In this document: positions 60,906-64,000 of the stretch, in pieces
Numbering within the stretch: the stretch's first letter is position 1
Layout of the letters: each line of letters starts with the position of its first letter
Assembly (NCBI GenBank): GCA_965197905.1
Contig: CBDAOB010000004.1
Span: 576,001-640,000, forward strand
Source: Candidatus Latescibacterota bacterium
Lineage (GTDB): Bacteria > Latescibacterota > UBA2968 > UBA8231
Direction: 5' to 3'
Length of the DNA stretch: 64,000 nucleotides
Translations under genes and position numbers: made by a program
Notes under the pieces: model-generated
Databases searched by the model: none
What the model was told of the DNA's origin: nothing
What the model saw: only the letters and a program-made list of their open reading frames with translations

Positions 60906-62081
60906 TTGGCAACCATCGTAGACGGCAAAAAACGGATCCCGTTCATGAGAGGAATGCTGGTGCATTATCTCATAGAGCGAGATTTCAGCCATGAGGAGGC
61001 TTCGAGCGTAGCCAACGCCATGCGCGATTCGCTGGCGAAAGAGAAGGAGATTCCCCGCAAGGAATTCCTGAAGATCCTGACCAAGCAGATTCGCAAAGAT
61101 TACGGCGAGCGGTCGGTCGGGGACCTCGTCTTCTGGGAACCTCCTCCGGCAAGCCTCACCGTTGAGACGGAAGACGGCAGCCGACCCTTCTCACACGAGG
61201 TACTTTCTCACTCCATACAGGCCTCCGGGCTACCTCCGGACAGCTCTTATCAGATTGCTCGGGCCATCTCCTCCAGGTTGACGGATGAACGGCGGATCCA
61301 GATCACTCATCGCGTATTGGAGGATCTCGCCGCCGACATGCTTGCCGCAGAGCATGGCAAAGCGTATTCAGAGCGATATCGACTGTGGAGGAGTTGGGGG
61401 GAATCAGGAAAACCACTCATCGTGTTAATCGGCGGCGCCAGCGGAGTCGGGAAGACATCGCTGGCGATCAATCTTGCAAGCATGCTGGACATCCCTAGGG
61501 TCGTGGCGACCGACGACATACGCCAGATCATGCGTTTGATGCTGGCGCGGGAGTTGATGCCCTGCCTGCACACCTCGTCCTATGCCACCGAGCCCCCCGA
61601 TTCTGAAGTAGCGGTATTGGATCCCGTGGTGACTGGTTTTCGCGAGCAATCGCAGACCATCTGTGTTGGTGTACGCGCTATTATGAGCAGGTGCATCGAA
61701 GAAAGTACCAGCGTTATTCTGGATGGAGTGCATCTGCTACCCGATTTTCTCGATATCGGAAAGTTCGCCAAGGACGCTTTCGTGGTGCAGATCTGCCTCG
61801 CACTTCTGGACAGGGACGTTTACGAAGCTCGATTCGCCAAGAGGGCAACGGAGGCGCCTGCGCGCCCGGCGGATCGCTATCTCGCCCATATCAAGGAGAT
61901 TCTACAGGTTCAGGATCACATTGTGGAACGCAATATCGCCTACGAGAATCCGGTCATAGAAGTAGGTATAATCGAAGATGTGACCAGTGCTGCCGTTTTG
62001 ATGGTCGGCGAACGCCTGCAGGAGCAGCAAGAGGCTCAAAAATCGGGGACAAACGGACACAAGAAGAAGAAGCGCGCGTGA
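60906..62081 (+). CDS. 2-phosphoglycerate kinase-like P-loop protein with ATP-cone-like N-terminal domains
   Basis: PFMRGML and PFSHEVL repeats, LIGGASGVGKTS, TDDIRQIMR, LHTSSY and DGVHLLP motifs. Confidence 0.8.
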   Translation: MATIVDGKKRIPFMRGMLVHYLIERDFSHEEASSVANAMRDSLAKEKEIPRKEFLKILTKQIRKDYGERSVGDLVFWEPPPASLTVETEDGSRPFSHEVLSHSIQASGLPPDSSYQIARAISSRLTDERRIQITHRVLEDLAADMLAAEHGKAYSERYRLWRSWGESGKPLIVLIGGASGVGKTSLAINLASMLDIPRVVATDDIRQIMRLMLARELMPCLHTSSYATEPPDSEVAVLDPVVTGFREQSQTICVGVRAIMSRCIEESTSVILDGVHLLPDFLDIGKFAKDAFVVQICLALLDRDVYEARFAKRATEAPARPADRYLAHIKEILQVQDHIVERNIAYENPVIEVGIIEDVTSAAVLMVGERLQEQQEAQKSGTNGHKKKKRA

Positions 62082-62201
62082 AAACTCGAGAACGCGCTAC
62101 AGAGCCGGCAATATAGTTTGCTTCCCCTTCTCTAAATTGATATATTCAGAAACTTGGTCTAGCATCAGTCGGCAGCATCTCTAAACCATTGGGAAAATAA
62201 G

Positions 62202-62681
62202 ATGTTGGGTAAGAAGGAAAACGGCGCGATTCCGAGCGGCAATCAAACGCTGAATACGATTATCGGTCGCGGCACCCTCTTCGAAGGAACCATGCAAGTA
62301 GAGAATAGCGTTCGTGTCGATGGCATCTTCAAGGGTGAGCTGACTTGCTCCGGAGCGCTCACTATTAGTCAGTCCGGTGAGGCCTACGCACACCTGGAAG
62401 GCAAAGACATCTATATCAATGGCATCGTGCGAGGCACGGTTCGCGCCGAAAAGGTGCGGCTCGACAGCCAAGCGCGATTCATCGGCGATATTCATGCGAA
62501 CGCCCTTTCCGTCTCTGAGGGCGCGGTATTTCACGGCAGCTGTGCCATGGAAGTCGACGAGGATGAAACGGCAACCGCTTCCAAGCAGGTATCGCTGGCC
62601 TCTGCTGAATCTAGGCGGAAAGAAGAATCCCCGCAGCCATTGCGGGCTGCCGGAGGCGAAACCCAGATCGTCAAGAACTAG
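62202..62681 (+). CDS. Bactofilin (polymer-forming cytoskeletal protein)
   Basis: TIIGRGTLFEG..VRVDGIFKG..GAVFHGSCAM pattern. Confidence 0.88.
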   Translation: MLGKKENGAIPSGNQTLNTIIGRGTLFEGTMQVENSVRVDGIFKGELTCSGALTISQSGEAYAHLEGKDIYINGIVRGTVRAEKVRLDSQARFIGDIHANALSVSEGAVFHGSCAMEVDEDETATASKQVSLASAESRRKEESPQPLRAAGGETQIVKN

Positions 62682-62801
62682 CCTTCTGCTGCGGCGATCC
62701 TGGCCGTCGCGGAAAATCTGTCCGTTCTCGCCATCGCAGGGCGCTTCTCCGTTCCACTATAACTGATTGGTTTTGTTGGCTTTACTGCAATGGCCTGGCC
62801 G

Positions 62802-62817
62802 TGGTATAGGCTTTGCT
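62802..62817 (+). promoter_or_regulatory. Sigma54 -24/-12 promoter of the flagellin gene
   Basis: TGGTAT-AGGCT-TTGCT with exact consensus spacing, 37 nt before the ATG. Confidence 0.65.
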
Positions 62818-62854
62818 ATTGATGTGATCGAACCATTTCGATTGCGGAGGAGCC

Positions 62855-63682
62855 ATGCCGGCAAGAATCAATCACAACGCCCATCTCAAACAGATCCACC
62901 AAAATCTCTCTCTTCACGCAGCTGAGAGCGCCAAACAGATTAGGCAGCTCGCCTCTGGACGTCGGGTGGATCGCTCCAGCGACGATCCCGCCAGTCTCGC
63001 TCTTGCCAACGGGATAAAATCTGAGATCGCAGCCCTCTCCGAGGGCACCCGCAACATGCAGCAGAGCATCAGCATGTTACAGGTTGCCGATGGCTCCATG
63101 GGCGAGATCAACAACATGATTCGGCGCATGAGCAGCCTCGCCGCCCAGTCCGCTAGCCTAACCTACAACGACGTCGATCGGCGCAATATCAATCAGGAAT
63201 TCCAGCAGCTAAAGCTGGAGATCGATCGAATAGCCAATTCCACCACCTACAACGGGGTTGTCCTGCTAAAGGAACCCAACCTGTTCCTAATTCAGACGGG
63301 TCCCACCGAGACCAGCAACGATATATCACGGGTAACCATCGACGATATGCGGGCCTCCGGTCCGAAACTGAGTATCGGCACTACATCCATAAACACTGCT
63401 ACGGATGCTCAGGCAGCCCTGCCAGATTTACAAAATGCTCTTCGCGTCGTCATCAGTGAGCGCAATCGCATCGGTGCGTTTCAGGGTCGTTTGGAGATGG
63501 CCATGAACACGTCGGCTCGCGTAATCGAGAGAATGAGTGACTCCGAGTCCTCCATCCGCGACGTTGATCTGGCCAAGGCGGTCACCGGGTTGAGCAGCTC
63601 GCAGATTCTCGCTCAAACGGCAACCAGCTTCGCCCTAGAAGCAGACCTAAATATCGAGCGCGTCCTTTCGCTGCTGCAATGA
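62855..63682 (+). CDS. Flagellin (short form lacking the large variable domain)
   Basis: LASGRRVDRSSDDPASL, SMLQVADG, EIDRIANSTTYNG, IGAFQGRLE and SIRDVD motifs. Confidence 0.9.
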   Translation: MPARINHNAHLKQIHQNLSLHAAESAKQIRQLASGRRVDRSSDDPASLALANGIKSEIAALSEGTRNMQQSISMLQVADGSMGEINNMIRRMSSLAAQSASLTYNDVDRRNINQEFQQLKLEIDRIANSTTYNGVVLLKEPNLFLIQTGPTETSNDISRVTIDDMRASGPKLSIGTTSINTATDAQAALPDLQNALRVVISERNRIGAFQGRLEMAMNTSARVIERMSDSESSIRDVDLAKAVTGLSSSQILAQTATSFALEADLNIERVLSLLQ

Positions 63683-63716
63683 CCTTCTCGGTTCAAGCGA
63701 CTGGACCGACAATCCT

Positions 63717-64000
63717 TCAAAAAATCAGATAGAGCCGAAGGTCGGGATAGAACCGTACCGTTGGCGCCGGAAAGTGCAGCCAATTGAGCTGCTCTTTGAA
63801 AAATCCCCACACACGTCCAGACCTTGGCAGATAGCGGGCATCATAGTCCAGCGCCAGGAACAGCTCGGAACGGGCGTTGGGTCTATCCCGATAGAATCTG
63901 TTGGGTCCTTTGCTCTTCACGTTGCTACCGTGGAGCCCGTTGGCGCCGTAACCGACGGCGACTCCGAGAAAATCCGGCCATAACTCCTTGGCGCGACCCT
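63717..64000 (-). CDS. DUF2279/YfiM-like protein, C-terminal part; 5' end outside the window
   Basis: Manual translation WPDFLGVAVGYGANG...LFLALDYD...LNWLHFPAPTVRF. Confidence 0.55.
   Translation of the reverse strand, partial: GRAKELWPDFLGVAVGYGANGLHGSNVKSKGPNRFYRDRPNARSELFLALDYDARYLPRSGRVWGFFKEQLNWLHFPAPTVRFYPDLRLYLIF

Overview
Window from a GC-rich bacterium. The PorV-like barrel, FlgD-type C-terminal domain and FG-GAP proteins suggest the FCB superphylum (inference only). Bases 1-22.6 kb are a minus-strand surface/secretion gene run: wzz-like gene, rfaE2, an RfaH/UpxY-type NusG paralog, a ~2,500-aa FG-GAP/Ig-repeat protein, a CRTAC1-like protein, a PorV-like/transglutaminase/TPR fusion, a TPR protein and a CHASE2 adenylate cyclase. 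The giant gene is split by three nested mobile elements whose junctions reconstruct exactly: an ORF-less group II intron (17542-18290), an IS256 element (9079-12595, 8-bp TSD), and an RT-encoding group II intron (9825-11965) inside that IS256 transposase. The remainder is mostly housekeeping: tRNA-His, tRNA-Arg, a hybrid kinase, a betaine-type ABC importer, IS1380, a selenocysteine-containing selD with a SECIS hairpin, egtD, proA, htpG, ddl, rtcB, a metB-like gene, glyA, zwf, tal and a flagellin with a sigma54-type promoter. Several single-base indels, one deletion, one duplication and one apparent lost stop codon could be real lesions or assembly errors.
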